The position numbers were made by a program, and so were the translations under genes. A model generated the notes under the pieces. The model saw only the letters and a program-made list of their open reading frames with translations, had not been told where the DNA came from and searched no databases. Below, in pieces: positions 29,588-40,849 of a stretch of 64,000 nt of DNA (position 1 is its first letter; the number at the start of each line of letters is the position of its first letter). The stretch comes from Oligoflexia bacterium (GTDB lineage Bacteria > Bdellovibrionota > UBA1018 > CAIPTA01): NCBI GenBank assembly GCA_023954355.1, contig JAMLID010000002.1, positions 1,130 to 65,129 on the forward strand, written 5' to 3'.

Positions 29588-30967
29588 ATGAGTAAAAGAG
29601 TTTTATTAACAGGCGCAACAGGATTTATCGGCTCAGAGTTGGGCATGGCATTGGTGCGCTCTGGTTACGAAGTGGTTTCTTTAGTTCGAGATGTAAAGCT
29701 AGCAAGGCTGAATATTCCTTTTCCAACTGAGATTGTAGATTGGAAAAATGGGGAAATAAAAGATATCGATTATGTGATTCATTTGGCTGGAGAGTCTATA
29801 GCCAAATCTCGTTGGTCTGAGAAAGTGAAGCGCAGACTCATATCTTCGAGAATTGATAGTACAAAGAAATTATTAGAAAAAATTAAATCTTCTAAGGGAC
29901 GAAAACCCAAGGCTTATTTGGCGGCTTCAGCCATTGGCTACTATGGGCATCGTGAGAATGCTTGGTTGAGCGAAGAGAGCGAAAAAGGAGATGGGTTCTT
30001 ATCTGATTTATGTGAGCAATGGGAGGCCGAAAATCAGAAGGCTGAGAAACTTACCGATAGAGTGGTACTTTTTCGCATTGGCCTTGTGCTTGACCGCCAT
30101 GGTGGTGCGCTGAAAGAGATGATTCCTTTCTTCAAGAGAGGTCTGGGTGGTCAGCTTGGTTTTGGTAAGCAGTGGATGAGCTGGATTCACTTAAGTGATC
30201 TCATTCAAGCTATGATTTTTTGTCTTGAAAAAGAAAAGGTATCTGGCCCCGTGAATATGGTTAGCCCTAACCCTATTCAAAATAAAGAATTTACAAAAGA
30301 ACTTGGAGCTAAATTAAAGGTCCCTACTTTTTTTACTGCCCCAAAATTAGCATTAAGATTAGGTTTGGGTGAAATGTCGACTCTCTTACTATCTAGCCAA
30401 AAAGTGAGTTCTCGAAAACTTCTTGATGCTGGATTTAAATTTCAATATCCAAACTTTAAATCGGTATTTGAGGGTTTTTTTAGCGAATGTGAGCTTAAAA
30501 GAGGTTGCCTTAGCCAAGAATTTTATACTCGTCAATGGTTTCCAAAGCCGATAGAAGAGGTTTTTCAGTTTTTTTCCGAGGCAAAAAATTTAGAAGAGAT
30601 TACTCCTCCATGGTTAAAGTTTAAAATTTTACACCAAAGCACTCCTAGAATTGAAGAGGGCACAACGTTTGACTATCAGTTAAATATACATGGATTACCT
30701 GTGAAGTGGAGAAGCTTGATTCTTGATTGGGAAGAGAACAAACAGTTTTCTGATATTCAGCAAAAGGGTCCTTATACCTTATGGTATCACACTCATGTAT
30801 TTGAGAAGATGGGCAGTGGCACTTTGATGACTGATCGGGTGCTCTATAAGCTACCCGCTGGTTATCTAGGAGATTTATTTTTACATTGGAAAGTCAGAGC
30901 AGATATAGAAAAAATATTTTTTTATCGGCGCACATCTATTTATTCTCGTTTTTGGGGTAAAGATTAG
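29588..30967 (+). CDS. TIGR01777/YfcH-like NAD-dependent epimerase-family protein fused to a C-terminal SRPBCC-like domain (about 150 aa)
   Basis: LLTGATGFIGSEL Rossmann motif. Length of 459 aa exceeds the usual YfcH length of about 300 aa. Confidence 0.55.
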   Translation: MSKRVLLTGATGFIGSELGMALVRSGYEVVSLVRDVKLARLNIPFPTEIVDWKNGEIKDIDYVIHLAGESIAKSRWSEKVKRRLISSRIDSTKKLLEKIKSSKGRKPKAYLAASAIGYYGHRENAWLSEESEKGDGFLSDLCEQWEAENQKAEKLTDRVVLFRIGLVLDRHGGALKEMIPFFKRGLGGQLGFGKQWMSWIHLSDLIQAMIFCLEKEKVSGPVNMVSPNPIQNKEFTKELGAKLKVPTFFTAPKLALRLGLGEMSTLLLSSQKVSSRKLLDAGFKFQYPNFKSVFEGFFSECELKRGCLSQEFYTRQWFPKPIEEVFQFFSEAKNLEEITPPWLKFKILHQSTPRIEEGTTFDYQLNIHGLPVKWRSLILDWEENKQFSDIQQKGPYTLWYHTHVFEKMGSGTLMTDRVLYKLPAGYLGDLFLHWKVRADIEKIFFYRRTSIYSRFWGKD

Positions 30968-31020
30968 CGAATCGTCGAGGAAATGTAAGGCCAAAATTAA
31001 GTGCAAATTTTTATAAAAGT

Positions 31021-31515
31021 ATGGGGTTGTTTTGGGGCCAGAGCGAAAAGAAGCAAGAACCCATTGTCAAACAAATATGCCGACATGCAAAGAGAAGAAT
31101 TTCAGACGATGGTAGTTTTAATAAAACAAGAAGTAGATACATAGCAGCTGTTAGAGCAACAGAGGTTTCTGCTTGCTCTTTAATTAGTCCGGGGCAATAT
31201 ACTACTACTTGTACTTTTATGGGTATAGGAAATGAAGCTAATAGTTATGGATGGTATAAAATTGCGGATCGAGAATATGGCAAGGCTATTCATCTGTGTG
31301 CACAACAAATAGATTATTTATCTGAGCTAAGTAAGCTTAATGCCAACGAACTTTGGTTTGAGCTTGGCGGACTTGCTTCTGGTGTGACAGCACTAGTTGA
31401 TCTTTCTGGCAAGTTGGTTCAATTTTCAAATAAATATAGAAATTCGAGCAATGTTCAAATTAATTCCATGCATGAACCGTTTAAAAAGTTTGAGCGGCCT
31501 AGTAATAAACGTTAA
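31021..31515 (+). CDS. Hypothetical protein
   Basis: ORF only. Confidence 0.3.
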   Translation: MGLFWGQSEKKQEPIVKQICRHAKRRISDDGSFNKTRSRYIAAVRATEVSACSLISPGQYTTTCTFMGIGNEANSYGWYKIADREYGKAIHLCAQQIDYLSELSKLNANELWFELGGLASGVTALVDLSGKLVQFSNKYRNSSNVQINSMHEPFKKFERPSNKR

Positions 31516-31585
31516 CTAAAATTTAGTTGCTCTTCACATAGCTTTCAAACTATTAAAAATGACCCTAAAGAGTTAGAATTTAGCC

Positions 31586-32356
31586 ATGGAAACCTGGTGT
31601 GATGAAAGCTGGCAGTTGATTTTAAGTGATGTTGAGCTATTACCGGATGCTAGTATTGCTTTTTGGTGGAGAGATGACGACGCATCAGAAAAGACAGATC
31701 AATTAGAGGCACTGACAAAGGTAGCAGAAGAGTTTAGATTTGAAGTTGCTTTAGCAACGGTTCCTGAAAGATTACAGTCATCGCTCATACAATATGTAAA
31801 AGAGCATCCTCTTTTAGTTGTTTGTCAGCATGGCTATAGGCATGAAAATTATGAAAAAGGCTTGGGTAAAGGGTTTGCGGCAGAGTTGGGTGATGCTAGA
31901 GACCCTAAGGTAGTATTGAAAGACTTAGCTGAAGGTAAAGCAATTATTGAAGAAGAATTTGCCGAAAGTTTTATTCCAATTTTGGTTCCGCCATGGAATA
32001 GAATCCATGAAGAAATCATCCCTTCTTTGGAGGGCTTAGGCTATGTTGGACTATCTACTTTTGGGCAGCAAAGTCAAAAGCGTGGTGAACTGTCGATAGT
32101 GGATTGCCATATGGATATTTTAAAATGGAAGCCAACAGTGCATTTTAGAGGGGCAAAAAAATGCCTTCGTGATTTTAGAGAGGTTTTGAGAGAGCGCTTA
32201 GATAGTGGTCGTTTTGATTCACCTATTGGAATACTTACGCATCATTTAGACCATACTGACGATGCGAACTCATTTTTGCGTGCATTTTTTTCTCATTTAT
32301 TAAAGACAAAAAAATTTCGCTATTTAACTATCAGAGAAGTATTTTCTAAGCTTTAG
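31586..32356 (+). CDS. Hypothetical protein (possibly polysaccharide-deacetylase-like)
   Basis: WWRDDD and QHGYRHENY motifs. Weak. Confidence 0.35.
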   Translation: METWCDESWQLILSDVELLPDASIAFWWRDDDASEKTDQLEALTKVAEEFRFEVALATVPERLQSSLIQYVKEHPLLVVCQHGYRHENYEKGLGKGFAAELGDARDPKVVLKDLAEGKAIIEEEFAESFIPILVPPWNRIHEEIIPSLEGLGYVGLSTFGQQSQKRGELSIVDCHMDILKWKPTVHFRGAKKCLRDFREVLRERLDSGRFDSPIGILTHHLDHTDDANSFLRAFFSHLLKTKKFRYLTIREVFSKL

Positions 32357-33210
32357 ATTCTGACGTTTAAAACAAAAGCTTCGCTATAGAGTGAATCGTA
32401 AAAATGCTTGGGTAGATTAAATTCAGAGCGATAAATGCGTGGTGTTTTTAGTTTTACTAACCAGCTTGAATTTATAGGTTTAGTAATAAATCTAGAGTCA
32501 ATTGCTAAAAAGTGATCTTCTTCTTTTGTCAGCTGAGACGTAAGAGCGTCAATATGGTTTGTTAAAAGAGCGTAGTCGGTTGCATACATTAGGTGGGCAT
32601 ATTTTTTGCCACTTTTAGTTTGGTAGTCTTTAAGAATAAGCCCTAATAGCTGGGTTTCGATTTTTATAAAAATAATTCGGCTGTCCCATTGCTTATGCCA
32701 ATGAAAAAGAGTTTGGCTTTCGGGTAAGAGTTGCTTATTGGCTTCATCAAAAGGCACTAACTCGAAGTGCTTTTTATTGCTCGTTTTTGGAATTTCATAG
32801 ATGTATTCATCTAAAATATTTAATCCCATGCGCAGGTAAGCTTCTACCATATGTTGTGTGGGCGATTGACCAATTGTGATTAAGCCTGGCCGATCAATGG
32901 CTAAGTTCATAAGCTTTTTTGCTATGCCTCTGCCGCGAAATTCTTTTGCCACACAAATAGAGCTAATTTGACTAATAATGTACTTTTTTTCACCAAAAAA
33001 TCTTGAGCTGTAAATACACCCCATGAAACCAGCAAGCTTACCTTGTTCTTCTACTAGGGTTCCGAAATTTTGATACTCAGTAGCTAGGTTTTCGCTTGAA
33101 GGTCTAAATAGGTTGCTCCATTGTTCTACTGAAATAGCAGAGCTCATCTCTTGATGAAGAAAATTTGAAATGATCGTTTTGTCTGTTTTAGCCGCAAAGC
33201 GAACTTGCAT
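32353..33210 (-). CDS. GNAT-family N-acetyltransferase
   Basis: VAKEFRGRGIAKKLM matches the Q/RxxGxG/A acetyl-CoA motif. Confidence 0.65.
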   Translation of the reverse strand: MQVRFAAKTDKTIISNFLHQEMSSAISVEQWSNLFRPSSENLATEYQNFGTLVEEQGKLAGFMGCIYSSRFFGEKKYIISQISSICVAKEFRGRGIAKKLMNLAIDRPGLITIGQSPTQHMVEAYLRMGLNILDEYIYEIPKTSNKKHFELVPFDEANKQLLPESQTLFHWHKQWDSRIIFIKIETQLLGLILKDYQTKSGKKYAHLMYATDYALLTNHIDALTSQLTKEEDHFLAIDSRFITKPINSSWLVKLKTPRIYRSEFNLPKHFYDSLYSEAFVLNVRI

Positions 33211-33546
33211 GCTTTTAATGTATCTCTCTTAGGCAGAATTTCCAAAAAGCAGTTAGAAAGTAGTCTTTTTCGCTAATAGTTGGGCTGGACGAATTTTTTG
33301 TTATGATTTATTTATCAGTGATTTCAATTGGTTATATATATCGGAAGAAAGCACTTGCTTTTAATGATGCGTAGCATTATTATTCGTTCCGCTCCGTTGT
33401 TTGACATATCAATAGTTCAAAACCCGTAACGTAATGAGGTTTCTCTCATTATCGTTCAATCAAGTTTAAAACAATATCCGCCTGTGGATTACGCAGGTAT
33501 TCTTTAGTTAGCTTTTTTCTCACAAAATAGTGAGGGAGGAGGCCCG

Positions 33547-34401
33547 ATGAAAAACCCGAAAATTATAAATAAAAATTATTTACATATTGCCGTAATATCG
33601 ATTTCTGCTTTAGCTTTTACAGCTTGCGGAAATGGCCCAATAGATAAAATTTCTGAATCTACCACACAGAGTTCGCAAAACGATATGAGTGCGACAAACT
33701 TTGTGACAAACGCAAGTTTACGAATTAACCCACTAAGCCCAGGTGAGGCAGTAGAAGAGGCGAGCGCTAAATCATCTTTCGAATTAGCGGCTGGAACTGG
33801 CGTAGCTATTTTAGAAACAAAAGTTGACCCTACTTATGGAACGATTGTTCGTTTAGGTATAGATGCAGAAGAAGATTCTGGAATGCCTACTGACGTATGG
33901 GTGAAATTAGATGAAGTTAAAGACATTTTAGTTCCTGAATCTGACGAGAATCCAGCCAATACTGCTGAAGACCCTGAAGGCGATGCTTTATTAAACATAT
34001 TGAGTGATGAAGAAGCTGGTTATAGTGAAAATTCAGACCAAGACGATCTTTCTCAATATGGCATTGAAGAAGTAGCGAAGAAAAAGAAAAAAGGTAAGAA
34101 GAAAATGACTTACTGCTATCGCTACGTAAAACAATATTTATTGAAGAAAAAATTGGTAAAAGTGTATCTACCTGGAGTGAACGCCAGAGATGCTGCTAAG
34201 ATTTTACCAAAACATGGATTTAAGAAAACTGGACATACTCCAAGAACAGCAAAAAACGGTGAAGTATGTGTATATACCGGTGGCTGCTGTGGACATATCG
34301 AAGTAAAAATTAACGGTAAGTTCTGGTACGGATACGGATATAAAGATAAGCCCATAAATGAGCTTCTTCCTAGACCGTTCTTAGGATGTTTTACGAAATA
34401 A
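33547..34401 (+). CDS. Hypothetical lipoprotein with Lys-rich linker and Cys-containing C-terminal domain
   Basis: Lipobox AFTACG. KKKKKGKKK run. Confidence 0.45.
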   Translation: MKNPKIINKNYLHIAVISISALAFTACGNGPIDKISESTTQSSQNDMSATNFVTNASLRINPLSPGEAVEEASAKSSFELAAGTGVAILETKVDPTYGTIVRLGIDAEEDSGMPTDVWVKLDEVKDILVPESDENPANTAEDPEGDALLNILSDEEAGYSENSDQDDLSQYGIEEVAKKKKKGKKKMTYCYRYVKQYLLKKKLVKVYLPGVNARDAAKILPKHGFKKTGHTPRTAKNGEVCVYTGGCCGHIEVKINGKFWYGYGYKDKPINELLPRPFLGCFTK

Positions 34402-34473
34402 ACGATACCCCATCCCCTAGGAGCTCTGCTGTAAAGCAGCAGAGCTCCTTCTTTTTTTATAAATAGGAACAAA

Positions 34474-34938
34474 ATGATTTTTCTTTCTTTTTTAATTTTA
34501 CTCACTACCACCTCAGCAAAGGCTGAGCTCTATGAGGGGTTGCCGCACCCTCAGCTACAAGCGTCTGTTACGACTTGGTTTCAGACTGTAGGTTTGCCTC
34601 AGATGTTAAGAAACCAAGGTGTAGATCGAAATCGTTTTATCAGCTCATCATATAGTGTGGGCGTGAAGAGGGTTATTCTTCCTCCAGATTTAGGTGGGCC
34701 TCGTCCTGGAACATCAACAAAAGTTTTAGTTCGCGGATCCATTAGATTTTGGCCTGACCATTATTGGAGGTACTCGCACGAACCATATCATTCTGGCTGG
34801 GATCGCCATGCTACAAGCTCAGTGGAGTGTCGCTTCGAGCAAGAGATGTTAGCAAAAACTAACAAAAAGAGCGTACCAGTTGAGTTGATTGGTGGACAAA
34901 AAATTCGAGTCACCATTTTTTGCCTACAGTTATATTAG
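34474..34938 (+). CDS. Secreted hypothetical protein
   Basis: Signal peptide. Confidence 0.4.
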   Translation: MIFLSFLILLTTTSAKAELYEGLPHPQLQASVTTWFQTVGLPQMLRNQGVDRNRFISSSYSVGVKRVILPPDLGGPRPGTSTKVLVRGSIRFWPDHYWRYSHEPYHSGWDRHATSSVECRFEQEMLAKTNKKSVPVELIGGQKIRVTIFCLQLY

Positions 34939-34946
34939 CTTATACC

Positions 34947-36020
34947 CTACGCTATGGTGATTTCTTTATTTAAGTATACGTCTTGAATCGCATTTAATAG
35001 GGCAACGCCATCTTTAAGCGGCTTTTGAAAAGCTTTTCTTCCCGAGATTAGTCCCATTCCGCCAGCTCTCTTGTTGATGATTGCGGTTGCTAAGGCATCT
35101 TCTAAATCATTTTTCCCAGAGGCACCACCAGAGTTAATTAATCCTACTCTTCCCATATAGCCATTTGCCACTTGGTATCTGGTTAGGTCGATAGGGTGGT
35201 CAGAGCAAAGCTGCGTATACATTTTCTCATCTAATTTACCATAAGAACTCTTGCCCATATTAAGTGCCTTATACCCACCATTTTGTGTAGGTAGCTTTTG
35301 CTTTACGATATCGGCACCAATGGTAGCTCCCAAGTGATTTGCTTGGCCTGTTAAGTCTGTTGATGTGTGATGATCAACGCCATCCACTTTAAAAGAAGAG
35401 TTACGAATATAGCACCAAAGAATTGTGGCCATGCCAAGCTCGTGAGCTTTTGCAAAGGCTTCAGAAATTTCTTTGATTTGGCGACTAGACTCATCAGACC
35501 CAAAGTAAATCGTTGCACCAATGGCGGCCGCTCCAAGGTTCCATGCTTGCTCTACTTGGGCAAATAGCACTTGGTCGAATTTATTTGGATAGGTAAGGAG
35601 TTCGTTATGATTAATTTTTAAAATAAATGGAATTTTGTGCGCATAAGAGCGAGACATTAAGCTTAAGTTGCCTAAAGTTGTGGCAACGGCGTTGCATCCA
35701 CCTTCGAGGGCAAGTTTGATAATATTCTCAGGGTCGAAATAGTCTGGATTTGCAGCAAAAGAGGCACCTGCTGAGTGTTCTATGCCCTGATCTACTGGTA
35801 AAATAGAAAGATAACCTGTGCCAGCTAAGCGCCCACTTGAATACATGGCTTGAAGAGAGCGTAAGGTCTGTGTATTTCGATCTGATTGTTGAAAAATACG
35901 ATCAACCCAATCACTAGAAGGTAAGTGCAATTGAGATTTTGAAATTTTTGGTGAGTTAAACTCTAATAAGTCTTTTGCTTTTGGTCCTAAAACTTCCTGA
36001 ATTTTTCCTATACTTAGCAT
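34947..36020 (-). CDS. fbaB: Class I fructose-bisphosphate aldolase (FbaB/DhnA type)
   Basis: Near-colinear with E. coli Fba[26 protein letters not shown] and [21 protein letters not shown] are conserved. Confidence 0.85.
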   Translation of the reverse strand: MLSIGKIQEVLGPKAKDLLEFNSPKISKSQLHLPSSDWVDRIFQQSDRNTQTLRSLQAMYSSGRLAGTGYLSILPVDQGIEHSAGASFAANPDYFDPENIIKLALEGGCNAVATTLGNLSLMSRSYAHKIPFILKINHNELLTYPNKFDQVLFAQVEQAWNLGAAAIGATIYFGSDESSRQIKEISEAFAKAHELGMATILWCYIRNSSFKVDGVDHHTSTDLTGQANHLGATIGADIVKQKLPTQNGGYKALNMGKSSYGKLDEKMYTQLCSDHPIDLTRYQVANGYMGRVGLINSGGASGKNDLEDALATAIINKRAGGMGLISGRKAFQKPLKDGVALLNAIQDVYLNKEITIA

Positions 36021-36093
36021 CTTGAAATTCCTCTGTAATTTGGTTTATTTATCCCTAACATGGAAGGCTCTTTTTAGAAAGTAAGAGCACGCC

Positions 36094-36408
36094 TTATATA
36101 TTGTTGGATTGCACCGCAGTATAAGCAACAGTTTCGTAAGGGTGGGCTGTTTTCATAGCAGCAATTACCTCGTGAAGAAAAGTAGCTTCACAAATCATTT
36201 CTACTCGCCATTCGTCAAGATATTCTATTTTATTGGTTGAGCCAATATGAGGAGAGCTGCCTTCTAGTGGCATAAATTGGCCACGGCCTTTGACTTGCCA
36301 AGCGCATCTTTCATAAGCCCCCCATTTGCCTGCCCCAGCAGCAAACATCGCATCTTTAACGGATTCTAAATTTTCTTCGGGAACATAAAAAACAATCGCG
36401 TATAACAT
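36094..36408 (-). CDS. Small conserved protein with HPYE motif (PII/CutA/Nif3-insert-like fold?)
   Basis: C-terminal HPYETVAY. 104 aa. Confidence 0.35.
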   Translation of the reverse strand: MLYAIVFYVPEENLESVKDAMFAAGAGKWGAYERCAWQVKGRGQFMPLEGSSPHIGSTNKIEYLDEWRVEMICEATFLHEVIAAMKTAHPYETVAYTAVQSNNI

Positions 36409-37473
36409 TTATGCTTCTGCTTGGCTGGTCTCTTCTTTTGTATTGGGAATGCGGCTTTGTTTATAGAGCTTTTTAAATGCTACCCAAAAAGAAGGCTCTG
36501 ACATTTGATGATAAAAGTGGTTAGCTGGCAATACTGACTTTAACTGGCGGTGCGCGGTTCCCAAAGAGTGATAGGGGATTGTGGGAAACAAATGATGAAG
36601 ACCGTGATAGCGAAGACCAACTGGTGCGATGGCTTCTTCAAATACTTTGTTTCCTTCTAAATTGATTGAATCTAGTAGTTGGTCTTCAAAGGAGAGTTCT
36701 TGTAGTGAGCCGTTTTGGTAGCGATGGGCAACGACGGTTCGAAGAGAATTGATAATAAACATAAAAACCATAAGCGCATAAAAGTTAGGGACAAGAGCCC
36801 AAGGGATCCATCCTAAAATAAGCCCAGTAATGATTGCCCATAAGTAAGCAAAACAAAGAACTTCAAGAATAATCCAGTTTCTAAGATCGCGTCCTCGAGG
36901 GATCGCACGAGTCGCATTAGGATGAATGGCAAAGGATGAGGCTTTTTGCATTACCAGTAAACGCGTTCTTTTATGAAAGATAGATAGAGGGCCGATTAAG
37001 GAGAATCGTAGTACGAGCAATAGAGGCAAATACAAAGACTGAAAGATATAAGCGAGTGATTTAGAAAACGACTGGGCACCAAGAGGAAGGTATTCACCAT
37101 CTTCTATGGTTCCGTAGAGATTTTTTCTATGGTGGTCTATATGCACCCCTCTATACATAAAAGAAGGAATCATAAAAGGTATACCGATTAGTAGATTCCA
37201 TGCTGTAGAAAATCCGGGAATGCTTTCTCTTGTTTGGTGGGTAAGTTCGTGAATAAAAAGAGCTGCCCGATAGATGGCGATAGAAGAAAGAATAAAGCAA
37301 AGTCCTGTGGTGACAGGGTGAAAAGGCCGAAGAGCCGCTAAAAAAAACGATGTGTAGCCAATAAGAACTGAGGCTAAAAAGTCAGTCCAATAAATCCACG
37401 GAATCGGCTGAAAAAGATCATTTACCTCTCTCTTTAATGCTTGTATTGTCCAGGTAGTTTCTTTTTGCGTCAT
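36409..37473 (-). CDS. Membrane fatty-acid desaturase family protein
   Basis: Three His boxes: HELTHQ, HIDHHRKNLYG, HGLHHLFPTIPYH. Confidence 0.75.
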   Translation of the reverse strand: MTQKETTWTIQALKREVNDLFQPIPWIYWTDFLASVLIGYTSFFLAALRPFHPVTTGLCFILSSIAIYRAALFIHELTHQTRESIPGFSTAWNLLIGIPFMIPSFMYRGVHIDHHRKNLYGTIEDGEYLPLGAQSFSKSLAYIFQSLYLPLLLVLRFSLIGPLSIFHKRTRLLVMQKASSFAIHPNATRAIPRGRDLRNWIILEVLCFAYLWAIITGLILGWIPWALVPNFYALMVFMFIINSLRTVVAHRYQNGSLQELSFEDQLLDSINLEGNKVFEEAIAPVGLRYHGLHHLFPTIPYHSLGTAHRQLKSVLPANHFYHQMSEPSFWVAFKKLYKQSRIPNTKEETSQAEA

Positions 37474-37530
37474 GACTTAATCTCTAACATAGCGAATGAT
37501 TTTGAGCCAGCGATCTGGTACTATTTTGCC

Positions 37531-38934
37531 ATGACAAAATCAGTTTCTCTTTTCAATACCTTAACTCGAAAAAAAGAAGAATTTTTGCCCCTTAAAGCGG
37601 GACATGTTGGCCTATATACTTGCGGGCCAACTGTTTACCATTATGCACATATTGGAAATCTTAGAACTTATTTGTTTGAAGACATTTTAGTTCGAACTCT
37701 TAAGCGAGCAGGATTTGAAGTAAATCATGTGATGAATATCACCGATGTGGGACATTTAGTCTCTGATGGCGATCATGGTGAAGATAAAATGGAAGAAGGG
37801 GCAAGAAGGACGGGAAAAAGCATATGGGAAATCGCTGATTACTATACCAAGGTGTTTTTTTCTGACTTAGGTAAATTAAATGTTCTTAAACCACAGATTA
37901 TTCCTAAGGCGACAGATCACGTAAAAGAAATGATAGAGTTGGTACAGTCTCTAGAAGAAAGAGGCTTTACTTATAATACGAATGACGGGGTCTATTTTAA
38001 TACCGAGAAGTTTCCTACCTATAAGAATTTTGCCAAGATTGTTGTAGAAAATTTAGAAGAAGGTAAGCGTGTTTCTATGGGAGAAAAAAAGTCTGCTACA
38101 GACTTTGCTCTTTGGAAGTTTTCACCTGAAAATGAAAAGCGACAAATGGAATGGCCTTCTCCTTGGGGAAAAGGGTTTCCGGGCTGGCATATTGAGTGCT
38201 CGGCTATGGCAATGAAGTATCTTGGACAAACCTTCGACATTCATTGCGGTGGGATAGATCACATTCCTGTTCATCATACAAACGAGATAGCGCAAAGTGA
38301 AGCAGCTACAGGAAAGCGTTTTGTGAACTATTGGATGCATGGAGAATTTCTCTTAGAAGATAGCGGAAAAATGAGTAAGTCGAAGGGAGAGTTTTTGACG
38401 CTATCTGTTTTAGAGCGGGATGGGTTTGATCCGCTTGATTATCGATTTTTATTATTGCAGGCACACTATCGTTCTTCTTTGAAATTTTCTTATGAAGCGC
38501 TATCTGCGGCTAAATCTGGGCGCGAAACATTGGTACAAAAACTTAGAGAGTGGAAAGACGAGCCAGACCTAAATCTCAGTGAAATTAAGGCAACCAATAT
38601 TTGGGTTGAGAAATTTGAAAAAGCTATTTTTGACGATTTAAATACAGCCGAAGCATTATCTATTTTATTTTCACTGGTAAAAGATAATACATTGCTTCCT
38701 AAAGAGAAGAAGGCAATTGCGTTATCTTTTGATGATGTCTTAGGAATTCGGCTAAAAGAAAAAATCACTGAACAAGAAGCAGAAATTCCTGAAAATATTT
38801 TGAGTTTAGTTGCTAAACGAGATGAAGCTCGTAAGGCAAAAGACTGGGCCGAGAGTGATCGTTTACGGATTGAGTTGCAAAGTCTTGGGTTTACTGTAAA
38901 AGATAGTCCTACAGGAACAAAAGTGAGCAAGTAA
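37531..38934 (+). CDS. cysS: Cysteinyl-tRNA synthetase. True start probably ATG 37531; the ORF-track start at 37441 overlaps the desaturase.
   Basis: HIGNLRT (HIGH), zinc-binding C..C..HxxxH and KMSKS motifs. Confidence 0.9.
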   Translation: MTKSVSLFNTLTRKKEEFLPLKAGHVGLYTCGPTVYHYAHIGNLRTYLFEDILVRTLKRAGFEVNHVMNITDVGHLVSDGDHGEDKMEEGARRTGKSIWEIADYYTKVFFSDLGKLNVLKPQIIPKATDHVKEMIELVQSLEERGFTYNTNDGVYFNTEKFPTYKNFAKIVVENLEEGKRVSMGEKKSATDFALWKFSPENEKRQMEWPSPWGKGFPGWHIECSAMAMKYLGQTFDIHCGGIDHIPVHHTNEIAQSEAATGKRFVNYWMHGEFLLEDSGKMSKSKGEFLTLSVLERDGFDPLDYRFLLLQAHYRSSLKFSYEALSAAKSGRETLVQKLREWKDEPDLNLSEIKATNIWVEKFEKAIFDDLNTAEALSILFSLVKDNTLLPKEKKAIALSFDDVLGIRLKEKITEQEAEIPENILSLVAKRDEARKAKDWAESDRLRIELQSLGFTVKDSPTGTKVSK

Positions 38935-38936
38935 GA

Positions 38937-40010
38937 ATGTCAGATTTATTAGAAAAAAGAAAAAACCAGTACGTGCCAGAAGCACATTTTCGTCAGCGCC
39001 TTTTAGAAAAACTATATGCGCCTCAATACCGTTTTGTGACTGTAGAGGTGGGGATGCCTCAGGGTCATAAGAGTATTAAAGTTCGAGAGGGTTGTTTTCA
39101 TTTGGGGCAAAAGGGTTGTGACGCACTTAATTTGGCTGACAATCCGAATGCGAATGTGAAAATGCACCCGTTAGCATTTCAGTCTAGATTATTGCAGGCT
39201 GGGCCTGCGTTTATGGACACGATTTATCATATTACCTGTCGTGATAAGAATTTAATTGCCTTACAAACAGAAATTCTTGGAGCTGCTGCTTTAAATATTG
39301 CAGCGATTTTAGCAGTGACGGGTGATGCCGTAAAAAAAGGCCCGGAGCCCGCTAAGAGTGTTTTCGAGGGGAATTCGTTAAAGTTGTTAGAAATAGTACG
39401 CTCTCTTAGGCAAGGAAAATTAATGAGTGGTGAAGAATTAGACCAGCCAGTCGATATGCTAGTTGGTGTTGCTTATAATCCAAATGCGGCCGATATTAAT
39501 AATGAAACAGAAAAGTTATTACGAAAAATAGAGGCTGGGGCAGATTTTGCCGAGACTCAACCCGTACATTCAAAAGATGCCTTTGATCGTTGTGTAGAGG
39601 CCTTGGCTAAGTACAATATTCCCCAAGAAAAATTTCCTGTGATTTTTGGTTTAATGCCAGTAATGAGCCGAAAAAATGGTGAGTTTTTAAATAAATATTT
39701 TTCAGGCATACATGTACCAGAAGAAGTATTAAAAGAATTTGATGGTGTAGAATCTAAAGCCGCTCGCGAAAAGATTGCTTATGAGCAATCTCTAGAATTG
39801 GCAATGCACTTTTCTAAAGATGGCACTAACAATTACTATATTATTTGCCCGTTTACTCGTTATGAGCTTGTGGGAAAAATTGTTGAATATGTGAAATTCG
39901 GCTATAGCCACGTTTCTTTTCAGAGTGAGTCGATGTTGCGGCAAGATATGAGTCGTCAAGTCGAGACTCCTGAGCGCGTAAAGCCTTATCTTGGTCAGTC
40001 GGGTAAATAG
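38937..40010 (+). CDS. Methylenetetrahydrofolate reductase (MetF)-like protein
   Basis: HITCRD (compare MetF HLTCID) and VTGD (compare ALRGD). TIM-barrel length. Confidence 0.5.
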   Translation: MSDLLEKRKNQYVPEAHFRQRLLEKLYAPQYRFVTVEVGMPQGHKSIKVREGCFHLGQKGCDALNLADNPNANVKMHPLAFQSRLLQAGPAFMDTIYHITCRDKNLIALQTEILGAAALNIAAILAVTGDAVKKGPEPAKSVFEGNSLKLLEIVRSLRQGKLMSGEELDQPVDMLVGVAYNPNAADINNETEKLLRKIEAGADFAETQPVHSKDAFDRCVEALAKYNIPQEKFPVIFGLMPVMSRKNGEFLNKYFSGIHVPEEVLKEFDGVESKAAREKIAYEQSLELAMHFSKDGTNNYYIICPFTRYELVGKIVEYVKFGYSHVSFQSESMLRQDMSRQVETPERVKPYLGQSGK

Positions 40011-40183
40011 CTACTGGTCGTCTTTTTTTGCACTGTGGATGCTCTTACTGAGAACTATTATCATAACGGCAAAATTGTTGCATGAGTTCATACTGAAAAT
40101 TTATTCTACTTCAATATTCGTATCTCCCTAAAACCAAAATATTTTGATATGGTTTATGTACATCAATCGCATAAGGGGACTAC

Positions 40184-40849
40184 ATGAAATCCGGTTATAT
40201 TTGTTCTTCTATTGGTAAAAAACAGGTGATGGCTATCTCGGGTCTTGCCTGGTGTGGATTCGTATTGTCGCATATGTTGGGAAATTTACTCTATTTAGTA
40301 AGTGCCTCGGCTTATAACCAATATGGTAATGCTATTACTTCAAATAAACCTGTCTATTACACCATTGAAGTTGGCTTACTAATCACATTTTTAGTTCATG
40401 TGATTTTCGCGATTTGGGTTTCTATAGAAAATAGTAATGCACGTCCAGTAGCTTATGCTGTGAGCCCAAGCGGAAAAGGTGCAGCGAGTTTTGCTTCTAA
40501 GACAATGAAGTATTCGGGGATTTTAATTTTTGTTTTTCTAATTCTACACTTAATAAAATTTCGATTCGGTACTTATTACCCTTTTGACTTAAACGGAGCA
40601 GAAGTAAGAGATCTTCATCGCTTGATGACTGAAGCCTTTTTGGGTGCTGGGTATACAGCATGGTATCTTATTTGTCTGACAGTTCTTGGCTTTCATCTTT
40701 CTCATGCGCTTTGGAGCTCTTTGCAAACATTAAGTTTGCTACCATCTGGAAAAGAAAAGATGTTCTCTTGCTTAAGTTCTATTTTTGGTTGGGCAGTGGC
40801 TATTGGCTTTGCTTTGAATCCAATTATTATCTATATGAGGGGTGAGTAA
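40184..40849 (+). CDS. sdhC: Succinate dehydrogenase/fumarate reductase cytochrome b subunit (type B, single membrane anchor)
   Basis: Five TM helices with conserved His residues. Immediately upstream of sdhA with TAATG overlap. Confidence 0.7.
   Translation: MKSGYICSSIGKKQVMAISGLAWCGFVLSHMLGNLLYLVSASAYNQYGNAITSNKPVYYTIEVGLLITFLVHVIFAIWVSIENSNARPVAYAVSPSGKGAASFASKTMKYSGILIFVFLILHLIKFRFGTYYPFDLNGAEVRDLHRLMTEAFLGAGYTAWYLICLTVLGFHLSHALWSSLQTLSLLPSGKEKMFSCLSSIFGWAVAIGFALNPIIIYMRGE

Noticed and set aside
37441-37530. N-terminal 30-codon extension of cysS in the ORF track overlapping the desaturase gene
   Set aside because: The conserved CysS N-terminus (MTKSVSLFNTLTRKKEEF) begins at ATG 37531. 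The extension is the antisense of the desaturase coding region.
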